53,848 nt of DNA from a virus (Duplodnaviria; Caudoviricetes). The stretch spans positions 1 to 53,848 of the IMG/VR virus record IMGVR_UViG_3300032829_000014. One strand, written 5' to 3'. How positions within the stretch are numbered: the first letter of the stretch is position 1; the number at the start of each line of letters is the position of its first letter. Of the stretch, positions 1 through 9,454 are shown one piece after another. The notes under the pieces are model-generated. The model saw nothing but the letters and a program-made list of their open reading frames with translations. It had not been told where the DNA came from and did no database searches. A program made the position numbers and the translations under genes.

Positions 1-209
1 TTACCAGCCATATTACTTCTATCATTCATATCAATATTTTCATTTGTTTGAAGTTCCCACATTTTATCCATCATAACAGATGAAAAAATATATAATGCAG
101 CTCTAAAACCTTCAATAGTATATTCAGGTTTTAATTTAGTATTAACATCAAATTCTAAAATAGCATTTTCTATTTCTACTAATATTGGACTTAATTCTTT
201 ACCAATCAT
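1..209 (-). CDS. hypothetical protein (runs off window edge)
   Basis: Open frame from ATG at 209 (MIGKELSPILVEIENAILEF...) to the window start; not in the ORF track. Confidence 0.7.
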   Translation of the reverse strand, partial: MIGKELSPILVEIENAILEFDVNTKLKPEYTIEGFRAALYIFSSVMMDKMWELQTNENIDMNDRSNMAG

Positions 210-219
210 AATTTTAATT

Positions 220-456
220 TTATTTTTGAATTATAGGCCAATCCCATTCTCCGTGATTAATACCTTGTAAAATACCATATTTCCATAAATCTAATTCGCC
301 ATCAACAAATACTTTTAAATTTATTGCTTTTTCAAAAGTTGCAACGACAATTGCTGGTAATTTTTCTTGTACATTACAATTTTTAGTTTTAATCATTTTT
401 TGTCGGTCTTCTTCTGTTGTATTGTAAATTACAATTCTTCCTATTGTTGGTAACAT
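220..456 (-). CDS. small phage hypothetical protein
   Basis: ORF track; PTIGRIV...PAIVV...NLKVFVDG...WDWP pattern; tightly packed with neighbours. Confidence 0.75.
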   Translation of the reverse strand: MLPTIGRIVIYNTTEEDRQKMIKTKNCNVQEKLPAIVVATFEKAINLKVFVDGELDLWKYGILQGINHGEWDWPIIQK

Positions 457-467
457 AATTATAAAAT

Positions 468-716
468 TTATATTAATTTAATGTTAATTTCTTTTAATTT
501 TTGATTTATAAATTCTTTAACTTCTTCAATATTTTTTTCATCATAATCTTTATCATAAAAAACATTAAAAATAGGATTATCAGTATTACATTTATATATT
601 AAAATATAATAATCATTTTTTAAATATTCTGCAACTTGAGAATTTACTTCATAAAGGTAAGCATCATCTACATCTATTGATAATCCAATACAAAAAATAG
701 GTTTAATATTATTCAT
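468..716 (-). CDS. hypothetical protein
   Basis: ORF track gives 468..740, but 740 lies inside a promoter; ATG at 716 (MNNIKPIF) is the more plausible start. Confidence 0.65.
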   Translation of the reverse strand: MNNIKPIFCIGLSIDVDDAYLYEVNSQVAEYLKNDYYILIYKCNTDNPIFNVFYDKDYDEKNIEEVKEFINQKLKEINIKLI

Positions 717-737
717 AAATTTTATAATTTTAAACAG

Positions 738-769
738 CAAATATAAAATATTATTTTAAATAAAACAAT
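738..769 (-). promoter_or_regulatory. Bacteroidetes-type housekeeping promoter (-33/-7)
   Basis: Minus strand ATTG-N20-TATATTTG matches the TTTG-N19-21-TAnnTTTG consensus. Confidence 0.7.
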
Positions 770-790
770 TTTTTTTATAAAATTTTTTGA

Positions 791-1039
791 TTAATAAAAA
801 AAATATTATTAGATCATTTTTTAAAAATATATAAGCCTAAAGAATTATATTTATATATAGATAGAAGATTTGATAATAAACTATATGAAAAATTAAATTT
901 TATAAAAATAGAAAATACTGAACCTAATTGTTTTTATTTAGATATTAAAAATAATAAACGCTTAAAAATAAAAAATCTAAATAAAAATAATTTAAAAATA
1001 TTTGATTGTGGTAATATATTATTTAAATTAAATAATTAA
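791..1039 (+). pseudogene. C-terminal remnant of a Hef-like homing endonuclease gene
   Basis: ATG-less 82-codon frame KILLDHFLKIYKPKELYLYIDRRF...LYEKLNF...TEPNCFY...KIFDCGN resembles the KLLKHF..Y.P..I.SYADRR..LY.KLGF..PNY.Y..IYDCG tail of phage Hef-like proteins. Confidence 0.6.
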
Positions 1040-1065
1040 TTCTTTGTTAGTTTTGAAAAAATTTT

Positions 1066-1080
1066 AGTATTTATAATAAA
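1066..1080 (+). promoter_or_regulatory. putative phage late promoter (AGTATTTATAATAAA)
   Basis: Recurring (C/G)TATTTAT motif, 33 nt upstream of the sheath ATG. Confidence 0.6.
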
Positions 1081-1107
1081 AATAATATATACTAAAAATT
1101 AAATAAA

Positions 1108-3840
1108 ATGGCAAATGGTTTTGTATTTACATCTCCTGGTATAAAATACAGAGAAACAGATATTACACAAATTCAAAAACAATTAGGCATAACAACATTA
1201 GGCCTTGTTGGAGAAACATTAAAAGGCCCGGCATTTGAACCTATTTTTATAGAAAGTCAACAAGATTTTTATAATAGATTTGGTGGTCAAAGTATTGAAA
1301 GGTTTAAAGGAAATAATCAATTGCAATATCAATTACCTTATGTAGCTAATGCATATTTAAATGAATCTAATCAGCTTTATGTAACAAGAATATTAGGTTT
1401 ATCTGGTTATCAAGCTGGTACTGGTTGGGCAATTGTAATGGAAGCTGGTGTTGATTTAACAACAACAGGTACTACTGGAAATCCTGTAACAGGCACTAGT
1501 AGTTTTTCGAATAATGTTTATTTAGGTACTTCATTGTATCAAGTAGGTGATCATGGAGTATATTTTAGTGGTTTTACTAAAGTTTCTCTTACTGGATTTA
1601 GTGGTAATAAAATTGCTTTTACTGCTACAACAATTAATAATGGATCAGGAACAGTAAAAACTAAAACTTATACTTTAACAGGATCTTCATTAACTGAATA
1701 TGAAAATATGGTATTAGCTGTTATACGTTCAAGAGCAACTGTTACAGATAATATTAATTTACCATCAACAACTACATTTGTTACAACAAATTTATCAATT
1801 TCTGCAAATACAACAGTTATTGGTATTGGAGATTTATTTGGTAAATTTACATTAACAGCATCTAAACCATCGGGTACTACTGAATCTTATATTGTTTCAT
1901 TAAATCCTAATGATAGTAATTTTATTTCAAATGTTATAGGTAGTGAAGCAAAAGATAAAAACAGTAAAATATGGGTTGAAGCAATTTATCCTGATTTAAT
2001 AAAAAAATTAGATGCGGATGGTTTAGGATATGGTATCAGATCAACTGTTGTTGATTTAAAATCAGATGCATATACTAATTATGTTGAACAGTATAAGACA
2101 CCTGAAACGCCTTGGATTGTTTCACAATTACAAGGTAATAAAATATCAAGATTATTTAAATTTATTTCAATTTCTGATGGTAATTCAGCAAATCAAGAAA
2201 TAAAAGTTGAATTATTAAATATTAATCCAATTACACAAGAATTTGATATTTATGTTCGTGATTTTAATGATACTGATGATAATTTAAATATTTTAGAATC
2301 ATTTACAAATTGTTCAATGATTGAAGGTACTAATAATTTTGTTGCTCAACGAATAGGTACAACAGATGGTATTTATACTTTAAATAGTAATTATATTATG
2401 CTTGAAATGGCTGATAATATTCCAGAAGGTTCATATCCAGCTGGTTTTGAAGGCTATAACTTTAAAGATTATAGTATAAGTGGAACAAGCACAACATCAG
2501 GTATTAATGCTGTTAAGCCTAAAATATTTTATAAACAATCATATAGTTCTAATGATAGAATAAGTAGGGTTTGTTTAGGTATTTCAAATTCAGCATATAA
2601 TGCAACTAGTTTAATTGGTACTGGTATAAATCAAAATTTCTTTAATTATAATGGTCAATCTGGTTTTGAAAAAACTAAAGGTTTTCATTTAGATATTAAT
2701 GCTACTGGAGATTATTATGAAGGAATTGAACATATTGGAGAATTTGAAGTAGGCGTAGGCGGATTTAGTAATATTTCTGATATTGTTTCACCATCATCAA
2801 CATATTATGCTCTTAATACTAGAAAATTTGTTTTAGTTCCTGCTGGTGGTTTTGATGGTTGGGATGTTAATAGAGAACAAAGAACAAATGGAGATTTATA
2901 TACTAAAGGTGGCATTTATGATGGTGTTTCAGTTGGGGTTACGCCCAAAAATGATTTTCAAGCATGGGAAACTGCAATAAATACTTTTAGTAATCCTGAA
3001 CAAGTAACAATTAATTTATTTGCAACACCTGGTATTAATTGGAGTGATCAAAATTTAATTGTTAAAGATACTATAATAATGATTGAAGAACAGCGTGCTG
3101 ATAGTTTATATGTAATTGATTCACCTGATATTACTATAGAACAAACAATTGGGGATGATAAACCAGATATTATAGCTGCACAAGATATAACAGATTTATT
3201 AGATACTGCTGATATTGATTCTAATTATTCAGCAACTTATTTTCCTTGGATTCAAATAAGAGATACTCAAAATAATGTAAATGTTTATATACCGTCAACA
3301 AGTGAAGTTGTAAAATCAATGGCATATACAGATAATACATCATTTCCTTGGTTTGCTCCAGCTGGTTTAAATCGTGGTGTAACAAATGCTCGTAAATCTA
3401 AATATAAATTATCACTTGATGCTAGAGATATTTTATATGAAAATAGAATTAATCCTATAGCAGATTTTCCAGATGTTGGAACAGCAATTTTTGGACAAAA
3501 AACTTTACAAGTTAAAGATAGTGCTTTAAATAGAATTAATGTTCGTAGATTAATTTTACAAATGAAAGTTTTAATTTCTAATGTTGCGGTAAGATTATTA
3601 TTTGAACAAGATGATCAAACAACAATTGATCAATTCTTATCAAAAGTTAATCCTATATTAAGCAATATTAAAAGAGAAAGAGGCCTTCAAGATTTCCAAG
3701 TTGAAATGCCATTACCAACACCAGAACAAATAGACAGAAATGAATTATATGGTACAATTAAAATTAAACCAAGTCGTTCATTAGAATTTATCGGAATTGA
3801 GTTTGTAATTACTCCAACTGGTGCTGAATTTAATGCATAA
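1108..3840 (+). CDS. contractile tail sheath protein (T4 gp18-like)
   Basis: N-terminal SPGI..RETD and GLVGETLKGPAFEP; C-terminal PWFAPAGLNRG, LYENRINPI, FGQKTL, LNRINVRRL, IKPSRSLEFI. Confidence 0.95.
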   Translation: MANGFVFTSPGIKYRETDITQIQKQLGITTLGLVGETLKGPAFEPIFIESQQDFYNRFGGQSIERFKGNNQLQYQLPYVANAYLNESNQLYVTRILGLSGYQAGTGWAIVMEAGVDLTTTGTTGNPVTGTSSFSNNVYLGTSLYQVGDHGVYFSGFTKVSLTGFSGNKIAFTATTINNGSGTVKTKTYTLTGSSLTEYENMVLAVIRSRATVTDNINLPSTTTFVTTNLSISANTTVIGIGDLFGKFTLTASKPSGTTESYIVSLNPNDSNFISNVIGSEAKDKNSKIWVEAIYPDLIKKLDADGLGYGIRSTVVDLKSDAYTNYVEQYKTPETPWIVSQLQGNKISRLFKFISISDGNSANQEIKVELLNINPITQEFDIYVRDFNDTDDNLNILESFTNCSMIEGTNNFVAQRIGTTDGIYTLNSNYIMLEMADNIPEGSYPAGFEGYNFKDYSISGTSTTSGINAVKPKIFYKQSYSSNDRISRVCLGISNSAYNATSLIGTGINQNFFNYNGQSGFEKTKGFHLDINATGDYYEGIEHIGEFEVGVGGFSNISDIVSPSSTYYALNTRKFVLVPAGGFDGWDVNREQRTNGDLYTKGGIYDGVSVGVTPKNDFQAWETAINTFSNPEQVTINLFATPGINWSDQNLIVKDTIIMIEEQRADSLYVIDSPDITIEQTIGDDKPDIIAAQDITDLLDTADIDSNYSATYFPWIQIRDTQNNVNVYIPSTSEVVKSMAYTDNTSFPWFAPAGLNRGVTNARKSKYKLSLDARDILYENRINPIADFPDVGTAIFGQKTLQVKDSALNRINVRRLILQMKVLISNVAVRLLFEQDDQTTIDQFLSKVNPILSNIKRERGLQDFQVEMPLPTPEQIDRNELYGTIKIKPSRSLEFIGIEFVITPTGAEFNA

Positions 3841-3865
3841 TTAAATTAAAAACATTTAAATAATT

Positions 3866-3900
3866 AAAACCTATATTAATAAAATAATGTAGGTTTTTTT
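3866..3900 (+). terminator. intrinsic terminator after sheath
   Basis: Stem AAAACCTATATTA / TAATGTAGGTTTT followed by a T-run. Confidence 0.75.
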
Positions 3901-4062
3901 ATTTAAATAAATGGTTTCATTAAATCATATGATATAATTATATAATTATCATCATAAGAAATAGAAGATATTTGGCATCCATAAAAATAATAATCTATAT
4001 TATTAAAATTCATAAAAGAATCAAATACTATATCTCTTTTTAATTTTATTACAAATTTAAAT

Positions 4063-4095
4063 AAAAAAAACCGTAAATAAAAAATATTTACGGTT
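4063..4095 (-). terminator. intrinsic terminator after tail tube
   Basis: Perfect stem AACCGTAAATA / TATTTACGGTT with a T-run on the minus strand. Confidence 0.8.
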
Positions 4096-4116
4096 AAATA
4101 ATTTAATAAATTATTA

Positions 4117-4605
4117 TTAAATATTGTGTATACAACGAAATGGTTGAATAACTATAGTAGGCATAACAATTGCATCACTACCATAACTATTACTTCCAAA
4201 ATCAGCACTAACTATTTGTGCATCTTCTATGGTCCATTTATCAATTTCGATACCTGTTGGATCTAAGCTCTTTAATAATAATGACTTTTTATAGCCAGCA
4301 GCATAACCCATCCTTCCAGTAAGACTTTCAAAATGTAAACGTACCCATTCCATTAATTGTTGTGATGTTGATGGACCAATTACATCAAGAAATTTTAATT
4401 CCATTTCATCCCAAATTGATTTTCCTGCAACCCAATTTGATGTATTCATATATGGAATTTCAACTTTATTTATTTTTAACGAAGGTCTTTTAAATTCTTG
4501 TATTTTCCATACTTCAATTCCAAGTTCAGCTGGAAATTCACAAATAAATCTATTTTCTCTTTTAGGCTCATATTGTACTGGAATACCTCTAAGTTGTTCT
4601 GCCAT
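4117..4605 (-). CDS. tail tube protein (T4 gp19-like)
   Basis: EPKRENRF, RPSL, EIPYMN...VAGK..W, LMEW, YKK..LK.LDPTG..IDKW; 162 aa; adjacent to sheath. Confidence 0.9.
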   Translation of the reverse strand: MAEQLRGIPVQYEPKRENRFICEFPAELGIEVWKIQEFKRPSLKINKVEIPYMNTSNWVAGKSIWDEMELKFLDVIGPSTSQQLMEWVRLHFESLTGRMGYAAGYKKSLLLKSLDPTGIEIDKWTIEDAQIVSADFGSNSYGSDAIVMPTIVIQPFRCIHNI

Positions 4606-4681
4606 AATTAGTTATATTAAAAAATTTTAAATATTAATTTTCTTATTTATTATAATAATCTACAAGTAGATATTATATATT

Positions 4682-4696
4682 TTTAATATAAATAGT
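4682..4696 (-). promoter_or_regulatory. putative phage late promoter (ACTATTTATATTAAA)
   Basis: Same motif on the minus strand, about 82 nt upstream of the tube ATG. Confidence 0.55.
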
Positions 4697-4742
4697 CTAT
4701 TTTTAAAAAAAATAAATTGATTAGATATTATTATTAAATTAT

Positions 4743-5630
4743 TTAATTTATAACAATATTTTTTTGTAATATAGATTCTAAATTTATATTTTCTAAATCA
4801 AGAATAATATTTGATTTATCTGCTTTTAATGTTGAATGTGGATGAAGATGTGTTAAAAGAGCATTTCTATATATTTCTAAAATTTTTACAAGTATATCAG
4901 CACGTGCTAATGGATGAGCATTATTAAATAAATCAACTCTATCATTATCTGTTAATAATGCTGATTTTATTTTTGGTACACCGCTATGAGAAATTAAAGC
5001 TATTTTATCTGCCATTAAAATATTATAACTTGTATAATCTTCAGAATTTTTATTTTGTTGAAAAGTTAATCTTATACTTGCAGGATTTTTTTTATTTAAT
5101 TTAAGATTATTATTTGGTTCATGTTTACCAACTCTTAATTCAATATCATTTTCTCTTAAAATTATATCATTATTTAGTCTTCCTAAAATAGCAATTTCAT
5201 CTAATTTTGGGTATATACCTTCTGCATCTGGATATGTTGAAGGTGCTTTATCGGGTTTTGTAATACCCATATTTGTAGTAGATAAAGCAGTATATATAGA
5301 ATCATAATTAATTTTATGTGGTTGTGAAATTATACTGCCAATCCAAAATCTTCCTCTTTGTGGATATTTAATATCTTCAAAATAAATTCTTACTACTTCG
5401 CCTATTTTAGGATATACATGAAAAAATTTAGATTGCATTGGATAAGCATATGCTAAATTTTCATTTGCTATTTTATTATCTATACCTGGAATTCTTATTT
5501 TTATTCTTCCTCCATCAGTGGAATCATCAATTGATATAACTTCTCCATAATAAATTGTCCTACTATCACTTATATCAACTCCATCTCTTTTAAATGGACT
5601 ACTTTCATATATTTTTTTATTTTCGTACAT
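4743..5630 (-). CDS. baseplate central spike, gp5/VgrG-like OB-fold protein
   Basis: GEVISIDD...GRIKIRIPG and PKIGEVV OB-fold motifs; C-terminal HLHPH metal-binding tip motif. Confidence 0.8.
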   Translation of the reverse strand: MYENKKIYESSPFKRDGVDISDSRTIYYGEVISIDDSTDGGRIKIRIPGIDNKIANENLAYAYPMQSKFFHVYPKIGEVVRIYFEDIKYPQRGRFWIGSIISQPHKINYDSIYTALSTTNMGITKPDKAPSTYPDAEGIYPKLDEIAILGRLNNDIILRENDIELRVGKHEPNNNLKLNKKNPASIRLTFQQNKNSEDYTSYNILMADKIALISHSGVPKIKSALLTDNDRVDLFNNAHPLARADILVKILEIYRNALLTHLHPHSTLKADKSNIILDLENINLESILQKNIVIN

Positions 5631-5632
5631 TA

Positions 5633-5842
5633 TTATGTTCTTTTATTAAGTTCATCAATTAATAATATATATTTATCTTCTAATATTTTTAATTTATTTA
5701 AATTAGTATTAATTAAACTTTCATTTTCTTCAATAATTTTTAATGAATTTAAAATTTCATTTTTTATATTTTCATGATTAATTTTAGTATCATTAATCAA
5801 TTTTAATAATTCAGTTGGAGTTAATATTGTATAATCTGGCAT
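5633..5842 (-). CDS. small coiled-coil hypothetical protein
   Basis: ORF track; heptad-like; abuts the spike gene. Confidence 0.65.
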   Translation of the reverse strand: MPDYTILTPTELLKLINDTKINHENIKNEILNSLKIIEENESLINTNLNKLKILEDKYILLIDELNKRT

Positions 5843-6404
5843 ATTCTTTTAAAGATTTAATAATAAAAAATTCTTTTTTTATAAAATATATTGCTTTTTT
5901 TTCAGTTATTTTTCTTGTATAATTTAAAAAATATTTTTTAAATAAATCAATGATAAATTTATTATTAATTTCATTATTAATTTCAATTAATATTGTTTCA
6001 TTATGTTTTTTTACATATAAATTTAATAATTTATAGATTTTATTAATAATATTTATTTTTTCTTTTTCAGATAATTCATATTCGTTTTCTATTTTAAATC
6101 CTATTTGTAAATTTTCAGCAAGTATTCTTTTTTTATGTAATAGATTTAAATTTAATTTAAATTTATCATATTCAATATTAGGAATTTTATAATTTAAATA
6201 TAAAAAACAATAAAAATTTGATTCCATAAATTTTATTTCACTTCCCCAAACATAATTATTTTTATAAATATCTTCAATATATTCTAAATATATATTATCA
6301 TTTAATAAAATATTATCTAAATTAATATTCAATTTATTAAAATCATTATTATAAACATATTTAAAATAATCCAAATAATTTATTGGTAATGGTCTTATGC
6401 TCAT
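5811..6404 (-). CDS. hypothetical protein
   Basis: ORF track; co-oriented within the operon. Confidence 0.6.
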   Translation of the reverse strand: MSIRPLPINYLDYFKYVYNNDFNKLNINLDNILLNDNIYLEYIEDIYKNNYVWGSEIKFMESNFYCFLYLNYKIPNIEYDKFKLNLNLLHKKRILAENLQIGFKIENEYELSEKEKINIINKIYKLLNLYVKKHNETILIEINNEINNKFIIDLFKKYFLNYTRKITEKKAIYFIKKEFFIIKSLKEYARLYNINSN

Positions 6405-6438
6405 TTTATTATATTTTTATTTCTTTACTTTTCATATA

Positions 6439-6849
6439 TTATTGAATTACTCCATATCCATTTAAAATATTTATTATTGATCCGGTAATAACAACAGGAC
6501 CACCTGCATTTGCACCAGCACCGCTAATTAATCCGCCTGGCGTTATAGCTATTGATAATTTTGCTTCTTGTTGAATAGCTTTAATAATTTCTTCTACTGT
6601 TATTCTTATCATAATATCATTAGGATCAATAACACCTGATGGTAAAGTTCCTGTTGTTGGTAAACCTGCTTCACCTTTTCTTGCTATAATTCTTGATGCA
6701 ATTTTTGTTGCTGATAATCCATTTCTATTTGGTACTCCAAATAATATTAATGGTGTTGGTATATTTGGAGATTTATTTACTGATTCAGATTTTAATATTT
6801 TATTAAAACCATCAATAATAGAATTCATATTATTATAATCAATTGCCAT
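6439..6849 (-). CDS. putative virion structural protein
   Basis: Gly-rich C-terminus (GAGANAGGPV); lies in the late operon upstream of the spike gene. Confidence 0.6.
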   Translation of the reverse strand: MAIDYNNMNSIIDGFNKILKSESVNKSPNIPTPLILFGVPNRNGLSATKIASRIIARKGEAGLPTTGTLPSGVIDPNDIMIRITVEEIIKAIQQEAKLSIAITPGGLISGAGANAGGPVVITGSIINILNGYGVIQ

Positions 6850-8159
6850 TATACTAAACTTTTAATAATATTTATATAATTATTTATTCTTTCTAAGGCA
6901 ATTTTTTTTAGAGCAGGTATTATTAAATCAATTAAACTTTGCTTTACTAAATCAAATAAAAATTTATTAATATTTTCATTAATTGTGTTACTTATACAAT
7001 TAATAAATGTTTGATTATTTTTTATATCATTTTCTGGATTATTTGTTATGTTTGAAATTTCATTATTATTTAAAGATGATGAAATATATAATAATAATCT
7101 AATTTGTGGCGTTACTGTTAATGATTGGGTTAATGTTGATGTAATTAATTTTATAATTTTTGTAAAAAAATTATCTTTAATTGTTTGTTTATTATTATTT
7201 GCAGTATCTGAATTATCATTATTATTTAATGTATTAGATAAAGTATTATCTAAAGTATTAGATATTTGATTTGGGTCAGTTGAATTATTAATGGTATTAG
7301 CACTATTTATTAAATCATTTAAACTTAATGAAGTTTCTAAAATACCACATCCTAAATCATTATATGAAACACCACTATTTATTTCAGTAGCTTTATTTTC
7401 AATATCATTTAATTCATTTTGATTAATTGTAATATCATTATCATTTTCAATAATTTTATCTATTATTGTATTAATTTTTATTTCATTTATTATTTGTGAT
7501 TTTGTTTTATTTTGATTATTACTAACAGTTCCAAAAATTTCATTTAAAATTTTTGTTGTTAATTCTTTTATACTAAATAAAATTAATCCATCTATTAATA
7601 AAATTAAAAAATCATTTATATTATAAGATGATGTTGAAGGTGTTGGTTTTACTATTAATGAATCAGTTCCTTCATTATATCTTAAAATTAAATTATTATA
7701 TGTAATATCAGTATTTGGAGCAGATATTGCTTGATAAACATTATAATCAAAATCATTATTTGTTTTATTATAAATTAAATTTCCAATATCTGAATTAGGA
7801 TTTTCTTTATACTTATTATAAGTATCTATATTTTTTAATGGAACAACATATCCATTATTTACAAAATTTGATGATAATTGATTATTTGATGAAGGTTGTA
7901 TTACTTGTTTTTTTAATTGTGTTTTTAAACTTGGTTCTATTGTTTGTAAAACATTAGTAAACATTAAGCCACTTGTTTTTTTTATAGATTCAGAACCATT
8001 TAATAATTTTAATAAATCAATTAAATAACTTACAATATCATTTTTATTATTTAATGAAGAAAAAATATTAGTACTATCAGGCAAATTTTTCTGTTCTTTT
8101 AAAGAATTATATGCTCCAATTTCAGTAAAAACATTTTTTTTATCATCAATAACTGACAT
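6849..8159 (-). CDS. hypothetical, probably virion/baseplate-associated protein
   Basis: 436-aa ORF translationally coupled to the next gene, downstream of a late motif. Confidence 0.65.
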   Translation of the reverse strand: MSVIDDKKNVFTEIGAYNSLKEQKNLPDSTNIFSSLNNKNDIVSYLIDLLKLLNGSESIKKTSGLMFTNVLQTIEPSLKTQLKKQVIQPSSNNQLSSNFVNNGYVVPLKNIDTYNKYKENPNSDIGNLIYNKTNNDFDYNVYQAISAPNTDITYNNLILRYNEGTDSLIVKPTPSTSSYNINDFLILLIDGLILFSIKELTTKILNEIFGTVSNNQNKTKSQIINEIKINTIIDKIIENDNDITINQNELNDIENKATEINSGVSYNDLGCGILETSLSLNDLINSANTINNSTDPNQISNTLDNTLSNTLNNNDNSDTANNNKQTIKDNFFTKIIKLITSTLTQSLTVTPQIRLLLYISSSLNNNEISNITNNPENDIKNNQTFINCISNTINENINKFLFDLVKQSLIDLIIPALKKIALERINNYINIIKSLV

Positions 8160-8169
8160 TTAATAAAAA

Positions 8170-8544
8170 TTAATTATTATTTTTTCTATTATTTAAATCT
8201 TTATTAACCATTTCAATTAAAGCCATTCTTTCTTCAGCTGAAATAGTTCTAGGTTCCTTTTCTTCATCTTTTTTACCTAATGTTTCTTTATTATAAACAA
8301 CTTCTTTAAGATATTTTAAAAGCATTATTTTTTGATCAGTATTTTTTGCTTCTTGTGCAATAAGTTTAACAATTTGATCGCCCATTGCAGCAATATTACC
8401 TTCTTCCTTAACTTTAACTTCCCATTTTGTAAATAATCTTAAAATGGTTGCTCTAATGTTTTGTGTATCATTATATATTTCTTGAAGAAGATTATTAGCA
8501 CTTTCTTCATCATCAAATTTAAGTTTATATCTTTTAGGTCTCAT
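8170..8544 (-). CDS. hypothetical helical protein
   Basis: ORF track; first gene after a late motif. Confidence 0.7.
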   Translation of the reverse strand: MRPKRYKLKFDDEESANNLLQEIYNDTQNIRATILRLFTKWEVKVKEEGNIAAMGDQIVKLIAQEAKNTDQKIMLLKYLKEVVYNKETLGKKDEEKEPRTISAEERMALIEMVNKDLNNRKNNN

Positions 8545-8580
8545 ATTTTAAAATTTTTAATTTAAATGTACTATAATAAA

Positions 8581-8594
8581 TTTATTATAAATAC
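8581..8594 (-). promoter_or_regulatory. putative phage late promoter (GTATTTATAATAAA)
   Basis: Identical to the 14-mer upstream of the sheath; 42 nt upstream of ATG 8544. Confidence 0.6.
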
Positions 8595-8607
8595 ATAATT
8601 ATAAATT

Positions 8608-9381
8608 TTAATCAGAATCTGATAAAAATATTGATTTTTCTAAAAAATATAAATCTTTAAAAGGTTTTAATGATATTCTGATGTCTTTAGTTGATAAATC
8701 AGTTTGTTCTTTTAAATATAATAGTATTTTATTTTTAGCATATTTATTTGTTACTTTTTTATTATATTTACCTGTTGGGGTTTCTTCTAAAAATAAACTA
8801 TTCCAATTATTTAAAACATTAATTATAGCTTCACCAACTATAATTTCATTTCTTTTTAAATTAATATTATTATTAATTGTTGTTTGAATTTTAAGTATTA
8901 TTTTTTGTAAAAAATTATCTATATTATCATCAGACGATTCATCAATTTCATATAAAAAATCATCTTTAGATTCTAATTCATCAACAAAATCATCAAAACA
9001 TTGATTTATTTTTTTATCATTATATGTTCTTTTAGAATGATCTTTACAAAAATTTCTAACTATTGTTTGGCAATAACTATATGCTTTAGCTTTTTCGCCC
9101 TTTTTTGTTATTCTATTAGGATCATATTTAATCATATGTTCAATCAAATGACTTAATGCATTTGATTCAACTTCTGTTATATCATAACCACCCATATGTA
9201 TAGGATAACGTCTTATAATTGACTCGACCATTATTCTAAATGGTCTTTTTAATATTTTTTCATATATCAAATTTTTTTCTTCTAAAGAATCTGAATTGTT
9301 ATAATCAATAACTGCCTTTTCTTCTCTTTCTCCAAAATAAATTTTATCTTCTTTATTCTGATTCTTTTTTTTTCTACCCAT
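8608..9381 (-). CDS. phage late-transcription sigma factor (T4 gp55-like)
   Basis: YF...EE.AV..YN, MVESIIRRY, KYDP...KAYSYCQTIVRNF resemble sigma region 2 of gp55-like proteins. Confidence 0.7.
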   Translation of the reverse strand: MGRKKKNQNKEDKIYFGEREEKAVIDYNNSDSLEEKNLIYEKILKRPFRIMVESIIRRYPIHMGGYDITEVESNALSHLIEHMIKYDPNRITKKGEKAKAYSYCQTIVRNFCKDHSKRTYNDKKINQCFDDFVDELESKDDFLYEIDESSDDNIDNFLQKIILKIQTTINNNINLKRNEIIVGEAIINVLNNWNSLFLEETPTGKYNKKVTNKYAKNKILLYLKEQTDLSTKDIRISLKPFKDLYFLEKSIFLSDSD

Positions 9382-9454
9382 TTATTATTTTTCGTTACAT
9401 ATAAATTATTTTTAAAGGTTAAACAATCTATTTATTAACACAATATATAAAATT

